Part shown: positions 1 through 11,375 of the stretch, one piece after another
How the letters are laid out: every line of letters begins with the position of its first letter
How positions within the stretch are numbered: position 1 is the first letter of the stretch
NCBI GenBank assembly: GCA_964016885.1
Contig: OZ024741.1
Location: 262,260,001 to 262,324,000 of the forward strand
DNA: 64,000 nucleotides
Source: Eledone cirrhosa
Taxonomy: Eukaryota
Direction: 5' to 3'
Notes under the pieces: generated by a model
Database searches by the model: none
The model's input: only the letters and a program-made list of their open reading frames with translations
What the model was told of the DNA's origin: nothing
Translations under genes and position numbers: made by a program

Positions 1-3000
1 TGTTTTGACTTACGGGTGTTTCGGCTTACGAGTTTTTCGACTTACGAGTGTTTTGACTTACGAGTGATCTGATTTACGGATGTTTCGACATACGAGTGTT
101 TCGACTTACGAGTGTTTCGACTTATGAGTATTTCGACTTACGAGTGTTTCGACTTACGAGTGTTTCGACTTACGAGTGTTCCGACTTACGAGTGTTTCGG
201 CTTACGAGTGTTTTGGGTTACGAGTGTTTCGACATACGAGTGTTTCGACTTACGAGTGTTCCGACTTACGAGTGTTTCGACTTACGAGTGTTCCGACTTA
301 CGAGTGTTTCGGCTTACGAGTGTTTCGGCTCACGAGTGTTTCGACTTACGAGTGTTTCGACTTACGAGTGTTTCGACTTACGAGTGCTTTTGCCATACGG
401 GTGTTTCGGTTTACGAGTGTTTCGACATACGAGTGTTCTGACTTACGAGTGTTCCGACCTACGAGTGTTTCGGCTTACGGGTGTTCCGACTTACGAGTGT
501 TCCGACTTACGAGTGTTTTGTCTTACGAGTGTTTCGGCTTACGAGTGTTTCGGCTCACGAGTTTTTCGACTTACGAGTGTTTCGGATTACGGATGTTTCG
601 ACTTACGGGTGTTTCGACTCACGAGTGTTTCTACTTACGAGTGTTTCGACTTACGAGTGTTTTCACTTACGAGTGTTCCGACTTACGAGTGTTTCGGCTT
701 ACGAGTGTTCCGACCTACGAGGGTTTCGGCTTACGGGTGTTCCGACTTACGAGTATTTTCGGCTTACGAGTGTTTCGACTTACGAGTGTTTTGACTTACG
801 ATTGTTTCGGCTTACGAGTGTTTCGACTTACGAGTGTTTTGACTTACGGGTGTTTTGACATAAGAGTGTTTCGATACGAGTGTTCTGACTTACGAGTGTT
901 CTGACTTACGAGTGTTCTGACTTACGGGTGTTCTGACTTACGAGTGTTCCGACTTACGAGTGTTTCGGATTATGAGTGTTTCGGCTTACGAGCGTTTCGA
1001 CTACGAGTGTTTCGAATTACGAATGTTTTTGCTTACGAGTGTTTCGACTTACGAATGTTTTTGCTTACGAATGTTTTTGCTTACGAGTGTTCTGACTTAC
1101 GAGTGTTTTGACTTACGAGTGTTCCGACTTACGACTGTTTTGGTTTACGTGTGTTTCGACTTACGAATGTTTCGGCTTACGAGTGTTTCGACTTACGAGT
1201 GTTTGACTTACGGGTGTTTCGGCTTACGAGTGTTCGACTTACGAGTGTTTTGGTTTACGTGTGTTTCGACTTACTAATGTTTCGGCTTACGAGTGTTTAG
1301 AATTACGAGTGTTTCGACTTACGGTTGTTCTGACTTACGGGTATTCCGACTTACGAGTGATTTGGCATACGAGTGTTTCGACTTACGAGTGTTTTCGGCT
1401 TACGAGTGTTTCGACTTACGAGTGTTTTGACTTACGATTGTTTCGGCTTACGAGTGTTTCGACTTACGAGTGTTTCGGCTTATGAGTGTTTCGGCTTATG
1501 AGTGTTTTGACTTAAGGGTGTTTCGACGAGTGTTTCGATACGAGTGTTTCGACTTACGGGTGTTCTGACTTACGAGTGTTCTGATTTGCGGATGTTTCGA
1601 ATTATGAGTGTTTCGACTACGAGTGTTTCGACTTACGAATGTTTTTGCTTACGAGTGTTTCGACTTACGAATGTTTTTGCTTACGAGTGTTTCGGCTTAC
1701 GAGTGTTTCGACTTACAAGTGTTTCGACTTACGAGTGTTTTGACTTACCGGTGTTTCGACTTACGGGTGTTTCGACTTACGAGAGTTTCGACTTACGAGT
1801 GTTCTGACTTACGAGTGTTCTGACTTACGAGTGTTCCGACTTGCGAGTGTTTCGGCTTACGAGTGTTTCGAAATGCGAGTGTTTTGACTTACGGATGTTT
1901 CGACTTACGGATGTTTCGACTCACGAGTGTTTCTACTTACGAGTGTTTCGACTTACGAGTGTTCCGACTTACGAGTGTTTTGACTTACGAGTGTTCCGAC
2001 TTACGAGTGTTTCGGCTTACGAGTGTTTCGGCTCACGAGTGTTTCGACTTACGAGTGTTTTGAATTACGAATGTTTTGCCTTACGGGTGTTTCGGTTTAC
2101 GAGTGTTTTGACTTACGAGTGTTCTGACTTACGAGTATTCCGGCTTACGAGTGTTTCGGCTTACGAGTGTTTCGACTTACGAGTGTTCCGACCTACGAGT
2201 GTTTCGGCTACGGATGTTCCGACTTACGAGTGTTTCGACTTACGAGTGTTTTGACTTACGGGTGTTTCGACTTACGAGATTTTTTACTTACGGGTGTTTC
2301 GACTTACGCGTGTTTCGGCTTACGAATGTTTTGACTTACGAGTGTTTTGACTTACGGGTGTTTTGACATGCGAGTGTTTCGATACGAGTGTTTCGACTTA
2401 CGAGTGTTCTGACTTACGAGTGTTTCGACTTACGAGTGTTTCGACTTACGAGTGTTTCGACTTACGAGTGTTTCCACTTACGAGTGCTTTTGCCATACGG
2501 GTGTTTCGGTTTACGAGTGTTTCGACTTACGAGTGTTCTGACTTACGAGTGTTCCGACTTACGAGTGTTTCGACTTACGAGTGTTTCGGCTTAAGAGTGT
2601 TTCGACATGCGAGTGTTTTGAATTACGGATGTTTCGACTTACTGGTGTTTCGACTCACGAGTGTTTCTACTTACGAGTGTTCCGACTTACGAGTGTTTCG
2701 GCTTACGAGTGTTTCGGCTCACGAGTTTTTCGACTTAAGAGTGTTTTGAATTACGAATGTTTTGCCTTACGGGTGTTTCGGTTTACGAGTGTTTTGACTT
2801 ACGAGTATTCTGACTTACGAGTGTTCCGACTTACGGGTGTTTCGACTTACGAGTGTTTCGACATACGAGTGTTCCGACCTACGAGGGTTTCGGCTTACGG
2901 GTGTTCCGACTTACGCGTATTTTCGACTTACGAGTGTTTCGACTTACGAGTGTTTTGACTTACGATTGTTTCGGCTTACGAGTGTTTCGACTTACGAGTG

Positions 3001-5485
3001 TTTTGGCTTACGGGTGTTTTGACATACTAGTGTTTCGATACGAGTGTTCTGACTTACGAGTGTTCCGACTTACGAGTGTTTCGGCTTATGAGTGTTTCGG
3101 CTTACGAGCGTTTCGACTACGAGTGTTTCGACTTACGAATGTTTTTGCTTACGAGTGTTTCGACTTACGAATGTTTTTGCTTACGAATGTTTTTGCTTAC
3201 GAGTGTTCTGACTTACGAGTGTTTTGACTTACGAGTGTTCCGACTTACGAGTGTTTTGGTTTACGTGTGTTTTGACTTACGAATGTTTAGGCTTACGAGT
3301 GTTTCGACTTACGAGTATTCCGACCTACGAGTGTTTCGGCTACGGATGTTCCGACTTACGAGTATTTTCGGCTTACGAGTGTTTTGACTTACGATTGTTT
3401 TGACTTACGATTGTTTCGGCTTACGAGTGTTTTGACTTAAGAATATTTTGACTTACGGGTGTTTCGGCTTACGAGTGTTTCGACTTACGAGTGTTTTGTC
3501 TTACGGGTGTTTCGACTTACGAGTGTTTTGGTTTACGTGTGTTTCGACTTACGAATGTTTCGGCTTACGAGTGTATCGACTTACGAGTGTTTCGACTTAC
3601 GGTTGTTCTGACTTACGGGTATTCCAACTTACGAGTGATTTTGCATACGAGTGTTTTGACTTACGAGATTTTTTACTTACGGATGTTTCGACTTACGCGT
3701 GTTTCGGCTTATGAATGTTTTGACTTACGAGTGTTTTGACTTACGGGTGTTTTGACATACGAGTGTTTCGATACGAGTGTTTCGACTTACGAGTGTTTCG
3801 GCTTACGATGTTTCGGCTCACGAGTGTTTTGACTTAAGAGTGTTTCGACTTACGAGTGTTTCGACTTACGAGTGTTTCGACTTACGTGTGCTTTTGCCAT
3901 ACGGGTGTTTCGGTTTACGAGTGTTTCGACTTACGAGTGTTCTGACTTACGAGTGTTCCGACTTACGAGTGTTTCGACTTACGAGTGTTTCGACTTACGA
4001 GTGTTCCGACCTACGAGTGTTTCGGCTTACGGGTGTTCCGACCTACGAGTGTTTCGACTGACGAGTGTTTTGACTTACGATTGTTTCGGCTTACGAGTGT
4101 TTCGACTTACGAGTGTTTCGACTTACGAGTGTTCTGACTTACGAGTGTTCTGACTTACGAGTGTTCCGACTTACGAGTGTTTCGGCTTACGAGTGTTTCG
4201 ACATGCGAGTGTTTTGACTTACGGATGTTTCGACTTACGGGTGTTTCGACTCACGAGTGTTTCTACTTGCGAGTGTTTCGACTTACGAGTGTTCCGACTT
4301 ACGAGTGTTTTGACTTACGAGTGTTCCGACTTACGAGTGTTTCGGCTTACGAGTGTTTCGGCTCACGAGTTTTTCGACTTACGAGTGTTTTGAATTACGA
4401 ATGTTTTGCCTTACGGGTGTTTCGGTTTACGAGTGTTTTGACTTACGAGTATTCTGACTTACGAGTGATCCGACTTACGGGTGTTTCGACGTACGAGTGT
4501 TTCGACTTACGAGTATTCCGACCTACGAGGGTTTCGGCTTACGGGTGTTCCGACTTACGAGTATTTTCGGCTTACGAGTGTTTCGACTTACGAGTGTTTT
4601 GTCTTACGATTGTTTCGGCTTACGAGTGTTTCGACTTACGAGTGTTTTGACTTACGGTGTTTCGGTTTACGCGTGTTTCGACTTACGAGTGTTTTGACTT
4701 ACGGGTGTTTTGACATACGAGTGTTTCGATACGAGTGTTCTGACTTACGAGTGTTCTGACTTACGAGTGTTCTGACTTTCGGGTGTTCTGACTTACGAGT
4801 GTTCCGACTTACGACTGTTTCGGCTTATGAGTGTTTCGGCTTACGAGCGTTTCGACTACGAGTGTTTCGACTTACGAATGTTTTTGCTTACGAGTGTTTC
4901 GACTTACGAATGTTTTTGCTTACGAATGTTTTTGCTTACGAGTGTTCTGACTTACGAGTGTTTTGACTTACGAGTGTTCCGACTTACAAGTGTTTTGGTT
5001 TACGTGTGTTTCGACTTACGAATGTTTCGGCTTACGAGTGTTTCGACTTACGAGTGTTCCGACCTACGAGTGTTTCGGCTACGGATGTTCCGACTTACGA
5101 GTATTTTCGGCTTACGAGTGTTTTGACTTACGATTGTTTTGACTTACGATTGTTTCGGCTTACGAGTGTTTCGACTTACGTGTGTTTCGATTTACGAGTG
5201 TTTTGACTTAAGAATATTTTGACTTACGGGTGTTTCGGCTTACGAGTGTTTCGACTTACGAGTGTTTTGTCTTACGGGTGTTTCGACTTACGAGTGTTTT
5301 GGTTTAAGTGTGTTTCGACTTACGAGTGTTTCGGCTTACGAGTGTTTCGACATACGAGTGTTTCGACTTACGAGTGTTCCGACTAACGAGTGTTCCGACT
5401 TACGAGTGTTTCGGCTTACGAGTGTTTCGGCTTACAAGTGTTTCGACTTACGAGTGTTTCGGCTTACGAGTGTTTCGACTTACAA
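1..5485 (+). repeat. Cassette-free, more diverged satellite zone with imperfect 1.4-2.3-kb duplications
   Basis: No AT-rich cassette. Private markers recur at irregular spacing: tttgccatac at ~392, 2492 and 3896; gagcgtttcgactacg at ~990, 3106 and 4845. Matching artefactual ORFs occur at 960/3076 and 1863/4193. Confidence 0.85.
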
Positions 5486-5554
5486 AAATAACAAATAGAC
5501 CCGGTTTCAAATCTCTATGCTTTTCAAATTCATTACATTAATCTTTATTTATAC
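5486..5554. repeat. AT-rich cassette, first copy, allele GAC-CC-GG (5 copies: 5486, 7134, 13433, 13723, 14477)
   Basis: Reads aaataacaaatagacccggtttcaaatc...tttatttatac. Confidence 0.95.
5544..5553 (-). promoter_or_regulatory. Overlapping TATAAATA (TATA-box consensus) and AATAAA (poly(A) hexamer) motifs in the cassette; present in all copies, function unproven
   Basis: The minus strand of the cassette begins GTATAAATAAAGATT. This is a motif match only, in 75% AT sequence. Confidence 0.2.
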
Positions 5555-8443
5555 GTTTTGCTTTACGTGTGTTTCGGCTTACGAGTGTCTCGACTTACGA
5601 GTGTTTTTACTTACGGGTGTTTCGACTTACGAGTGTTTTGCCCTACGAATGTTTTGACTTACGGGTGTTTCGGCTTACCAGTGTTTCGACTTACGAGTGT
5701 TTCGGCTTACGAGTGTTTCGACTTACTAAGGTTTTACTTACGAGTGTTTAGGCGTACGAGAGTTTTGACTTACGAGTGTTTCGACTTACAAGTGTTTCGA
5801 CTTACGAGTGTTTTGACTTACGAATGTTTTGACTTACGGGTGTTTCGGCTTACGGGTGTTTTGATTTACGGATGTTTCGACATACGAGTGTTTCGACTTA
5901 CGAGTGTTTCGACTTATGAGTGTTTCGACTTACGAGTGTTTCGACTTATGAGTGTTTCGGCTTACGAGTGTTTCGACTTACGAGTGTTTTGACTTACGGT
6001 GTTTCGGCTTACGAGTGTTTCGACTTACGAGTGTTTTAACTTACGGGTGTTTTGACATACGAGTGTTTCGACTAACTAATGTTTTTACTTACGAGTGTTT
6101 CTGCGTACGAGAGTTTGGACTTACGAGTGTTTCGACTTACGAGTGTTTCGACTTGCGAGCGTTTTGAATTACGAATGTTTCGACTTACGGGTGTTTCGGC
6201 TTACCAGTGTTTCGACTTACGAGTCTTTCGGCTTACGAGTGTTTCGACTTACTAATGTTTTTACTTACGAGTGTTTCGGCGTACGAGTGTTTCGACTTAC
6301 GAGTGTTTCGACTTACGGGTGTTTTGACTTACGGGTGTTTCGGCTTACGAGTGTTTCGACTTACGAGTGTTTTGACTTACGAGTGATCTGATTTACGGAT
6401 GTTTCGACATACGAGTGTTTCGACTTACGAGTGTTTCGACTTATGAGTATTTCGACTTACGAGTGTTTCGGCGTACGATTGTTTCGACTTACGAGTGTTT
6501 TAACTTACGAGTGTTTCGGCTTACGAGTGTTTCCGGCTTACGAGTGTTTCGACTTACGAGTGTTTTGACTTACGGTGTTTCGGCTTACGAGTGATTCGAC
6601 TTACGAGTGTTTTGACTTACGGGTGTTTTGACTTACGGGTGTTGTGAATTACGAGTGTTCCGATTTACGAGTGTTTTGACTTACGGTGTTTCGGCTTACG
6701 AGTGATTCGACTTACGAATGTTTTGACTTACGGGTGTTTCGGCTTGCGAGTGTTTCGACTTACGAGTGTTTCGGCTTGCGAGTGTTTCGACTTACTAATG
6801 TTTTTACTTACGAGTGTTTCGGCGTACGAGTGTTTCGACTTACGAGTGTTTCGACTTACTGGTGCTTTGACTTACGGGTGTTTCGGCTTACGAGTGTTTC
6901 GACTTACGAGTGTTTTGACTTAAGGGTGTTTCGACTTACGAGTGTTTCGACTTACGAGTGTTTCGACTTACGAGTGTTTCGGCTTACGAGTGTTTCGACA
7001 TACGAGTGTTTCGTCTTACGAGTGTTCCGACTAACGAGTGTTCCGACTTACGAGTGTTTCGGCTTACGAGTGTTTCGGCTTACGAGTGTTTCGACTTACG
7101 AGTGTTTCGGCTTACGAGTGTTTCGACTTACGAAAATAACAAATAGACCCGGTTTCAAATCTCTATGCTTTTCAAATTCATTACATTAATCTTTATTTAT
7201 ACGTTTCGCTTTACGAGTGTTTCGGCGTACGATTGTTTCGACTTACGAGTGTTTTAACTTACGTGTGTTTCGGCTTACGAGTGTTTCGACTTACGAGTGT
7301 TTTTACTTACGGTGTTTCGGCTTACGAGTGTTTCGACATACGAGTGTTTTGACTTACGGGTGTTTCGACTTACGAGTGTTTTGACTTACGAATGTTTTGA
7401 CTTACGGGTGTTTCGGCTTACCAGTGTTTCGACTTACGAGTGTTTCGGCTTACGAGTGTTTCGACTTACTAAGGTTTTTACTTACGAGTGTTTCGGCGTA
7501 CGAGTGTTTTGACTTACGAGTGTTTCGACTTACGAGTGTTTTCACTTACGAATGTTTTTCAGCTTACGGGTGTTTCGGCTTACGAGTGTTTCGACTTACG
7601 AGTGTTTCGGCTTGCGAGTGTTTCGACTTACTAATGTTTTTACTTACGAGTGTTTCGGCGTACGAGTGTTTCGACTTACGAGTGTTTCGACTTACGGGTG
7701 CTTTGACTTACGGGTGTTTCGACTTACGAGTGTTTCGACTTACGAGTGTTTTGACTTAAGGGTGTTTCGACTTACGAGTGTTTCGACTTACGAGTGTTTC
7801 GACTTACGAGTGTTTCGGCTTACAAGTGTTTTGACTTAAGTATGTTTCGACTTACGAGTGTTTCGATACGAATGTTTCGACTTACGAGTGTTCTGACTTA
7901 CGAGTGTTCTGATTTACGGATGTTTCGACATACGAGTGTTTCGACTTACGAGTGTTTCGACTTACGAGTGTTTTGACTTACGGGTGTTTTGACATACGAG
8001 TGTTTCGATACGAGTGTTTCGACTTACGAATGTTCTAACTTACGAGTGTTCTGACTTACGAGTGTTCTGACTTACGAGTGTTCTGACTTATGAGTGTTCT
8101 GACTTACGAGTGTTCCGACTTACGAGTGTTCCGACTTACGAGTGTTTCGGCATACGAGTGTTTCGGCTTACGAGTGTTTCGACTTACGAGTGTTTCGACT
8201 TACGAGTGTTCCGACTTACGGGTGCTTCGACATACGAGTGTTTGGGCTTACGGTGTTTCGGCTTACGAGTGTTTCGAGTTACGAGTGTTTTGACTTACGC
8301 GTGTTTTGACATACGAGTTTTTCGATACGAGTGTTCTGACTTACGAGTGTTCTGACTTACGAGTGTTCTGACTTACGAGTGTTCCGACTTTACGAGTGTT
8401 TCGGCTCACGAGTGTTTCGGCTTACGAGTGTTTCGACTTACGA

Positions 8444-8512
8444 AAATAACAAATAGACGCGGTTTCAAATCTCTATGCTTTTCAAATTCATTACATTAAT
8501 CTTTATTTATAC
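8444..8512. repeat. AT-rich cassette, allele GAC-GC-GG (17 copies; 8444, 15787, 24235 and most copies from 35845 onward)
   Basis: Reads aaatagacgcggtttc; preceded by the ccgactttacg/ggctcacg variant monomers. Confidence 0.95.
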
Positions 8513-9102
8513 GTTTCGCTTTACGAGTGTTTCGACATACGAGTGTTTCGACTTACGAATGTTTGTGCTTACGAGTGTTTCGGCTTACGAGTGTTCCGAC
8601 TTACGAGTGTTCCGACTTACGAGTGTTTCGGCTTACGAGTGTTTCCGGCTTACGAGTGTTTCGACTTACGGGTGTTTCGACTTACGAGTGTTTTGACTTA
8701 CGGTGTTTCGGCTTACGAGTGTTTTCAGCTTACGAGTGATTCGACTTACGAGTGTTTTGACTTACGGGTGTTTTGAGTTACGGGTGTTGTGAATTACGAG
8801 TGTTCAGATTTACGAGTGTTTTGACTTTCGGTGTTTCGGCTTACGAGTGATTCGACTTATGAGTATTTCGACTTACGAGTGTTTAGACTTACGAGTGTTT
8901 CGACTTACGAGTGTTCCGACTTACGAGTGTTTCGGCTTACGAGTGTTTCGGCTGACGAGTGTTTCGACATACGAGTGTTTCGACTTACGAGTGTTCCGAC
9001 TAACGAGTGTTCCGAGTTACGAGTGTTTCGGCTTACGAGTGTTTCGGCTTACGAGTGTTTCGACTTACGAGTGTTTCGGCTTACGAGTGTTTCGAATTAC
9101 GA

Positions 9103-9171
9103 AAATAACAAATAGACGGGGTTTCAAATCTCTATGCTTTTCAAATTCATTACATTAATCTTTATTTATAC
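9103..9171. repeat. AT-rich cassette, allele GAC-GG-GG (11 copies, 9103-33906; marks the 2273-bp HOR)
   Basis: Reads aaatagacggggtttc; always preceded by the ttcgaattacg variant. Confidence 0.95.
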
Positions 9172-11375
9172 GTTTCGCTTTACGAGTGTTTCGGCGTACG
9201 AGTGTTTCGACTTACGAGTGTTTTAACTTACGTGTGTTTCGGCTTATGAGTGTTTCGACTTACGAGTGTTTTTACTTACGGTGTTTCGGCTTACGAGTAT
9301 TTCGACATACGAGTGTTTTGACTTAAGAGTGTTTCGACTTACGAGTGTTTCGACTTACGAGTGTTTCGACTTACGAGTGTTTCGTCTTACGAGTGTTTTG
9401 ACTTAAGGATGTTTCGACTTACGAGAGTTTCGATACGAGTGTTTCGACTTACGAGTGTTTTGACTTACGGTGTGTCGGCTTACGAGTGTTTCGACTAACG
9501 AGTGTTTTGACTTACGGGTGTTTTGACATACGATTGTTTCGATACGAGTGTTCTGACTTACGAGTGTTCTGACTTACGTGTTTTGACTTACGAGTGTTCT
9601 GACTTACGAGTGTTCCGACTTACGAGTGTTCCGACTTACGAGTGTTTCGGCTTACGAGTGTTTCCGGCTTACGAGTGTTTCGACTTACGAGTGTTTTGAC
9701 TTACGGTGTTTCGGCTTACGAGTGATTCGACTTACGAATGTTTTGACTTACGGGTGTTTCGGCTTGCGAGTGTTTCGACTTACGAGTGTTTCGGCTTATG
9801 AGTGTTTCGACTTACTAATGTTTTTACTTACGAGTGTTTCGGCGTACGAGTGTTTTGACTTACGAGTGTTTCGACTTACGAGTGTTTTGACTTACGAATG
9901 TTTTGACTTACGGGTGTTTCGGCTTACGAGTGTTTCGACTTACGAGTGTTTCGGCTTGCGAGTGTTTCGACTTACTAATGTTTTTACTTAAGAGTGTTTC
10001 GGCGTACGAGTGTTTCGACTTACGAGTGTTTCGACTTACAGGTGCTTTGACTTAAGGGTGTTTCGACTTACGAGTGTTTCGACTTACGAGTGTTTCGACT
10101 TACGAGTGTTTCGGCTTACGAGTGTTTTGACTTAAGGATGTTTCGACTTACGAGTGTTTCGATACGAGTGTTTCGACTTACGAGTGTTTCGACTTACGAG
10201 TGTTTCGACTTACGAATGTTCTGACTTACGAGTGCTCTGACTTACGAGTGTTCTGATTTACGAGTGTTCTGACTTACGAGTGTTCTGACTTACGAGCGTT
10301 CTGATTTACGAGTGTTCCGACTTACGAGTGTTTCGGCTTACGAGTGTTTCGACATACGAGTGTTTCGACTTAGGAGTGTTCCGACTAACGAGTGTTCCGA
10401 CATACGGTGTTTCGGCTTACGAGTGATTCGACTTACGAGTGTTTTGACTTACGGGTGTTTTGACTTACGGGTGTTGTGAATTACGAGTGTTCCGATTTAC
10501 GAGTGTTTTGACCTACGGTGTTTCGGCTTACGAGTGTTTTCAGCTTACGAGTGATTCGACTTACGAGTGTTTTGACTTACGGGTGTTTTGACTTACGGGT
10601 GTTGTGAATTACGAGTGTTCCGATTTACGAGTGTTTTGACTTACGGTGTTTAGGCTTACGAGTGTTTCGATTTACGAGTGTTTCGGCTTATGAGTGTTTC
10701 GACTTACGAGTGTTTTGACTTACGGGTGTTTTGACATACGAGTGTTTCGACTGACGAGTGTTTCGATACGAGTGTTTCGACTTACGAGTGTTCTGACTTA
10801 CGAGTGTTCTGACTTACGAGTGTTCTGACTTACGAGTGTTCCGACTTACGAGTGTTCCGACTTACGAGTGTTTCGGCTTACGAGTGTTTCGGCTTACGAG
10901 TGTTTCGACTTACGAGTGTTTCGACTTACGAGTGTTCCGACTTACGGGTGTTTCGACTTACGAGTGTTTTGGCTTACGGTGTTTCGGCTTACGAGTGTTT
11001 CGAGTTACGAGTGTTTTGACTTACGCGTGTTTTGACATACGAGTGTTTCGATACGAGTGTTCTGACTTACGAGTGTTCCGATTTACGAGTGTTTTGACTT
11101 TCGGTGTTTCGGCTTACGAGTGATTCGACTTATGAGTATTTCGACTTACGAGTGTTTAGACTTACGAGTGTTTCGACTTACGAGTGTTCCGACTTACGAG
11201 TGTTTCGGCTTACGAGTGTTTCGGCTGACGAGTGTTTCGACATACGAGTGTTTCGACTTACGAGTGTTCCGACTAACGAGTGTTCCGACTTACGAGTGTT
11301 TCGGCTTACGAGTGTTTCTGCTTACGTGTGTTTCGACTTACGAGTGTTTCGGCTTACGAGTGTTTCGAATTACGA
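9103..11375 (+). repeat. 2273-bp higher-order repeat unit (about 138-140 monomers plus one cassette), first full copy
   Basis: Cassette-to-cassette distance 9103 to 11376 is 2273, with the same order of variant monomers as the later copies. Confidence 0.9.

Noticed and set aside
5486-5554. Cassette as a tRNA, spliced-leader or other small RNA gene
   Set aside because: No cloverleaf or stable stems are evident, and the similarity to nematode SL1 is limited to GGTTT.
5484-5562. Cassette as an independently mobile MITE or SINE
   Set aside because: It has only a weak imperfect end symmetry (CGAAA..AAATA / TATTT..TTTCG), no target-site duplication and no A/B boxes or tail. Identical phase and flanks in all copies indicate a single insertion amplified with the array.
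8475-8696. ORF starting MLFKFITLIFIYTF, resembling a signal peptide
   Set aside because: The hydrophobic start is a by-product of the T-rich cassette; the remainder is satellite translation and its stop position depends on random variants.
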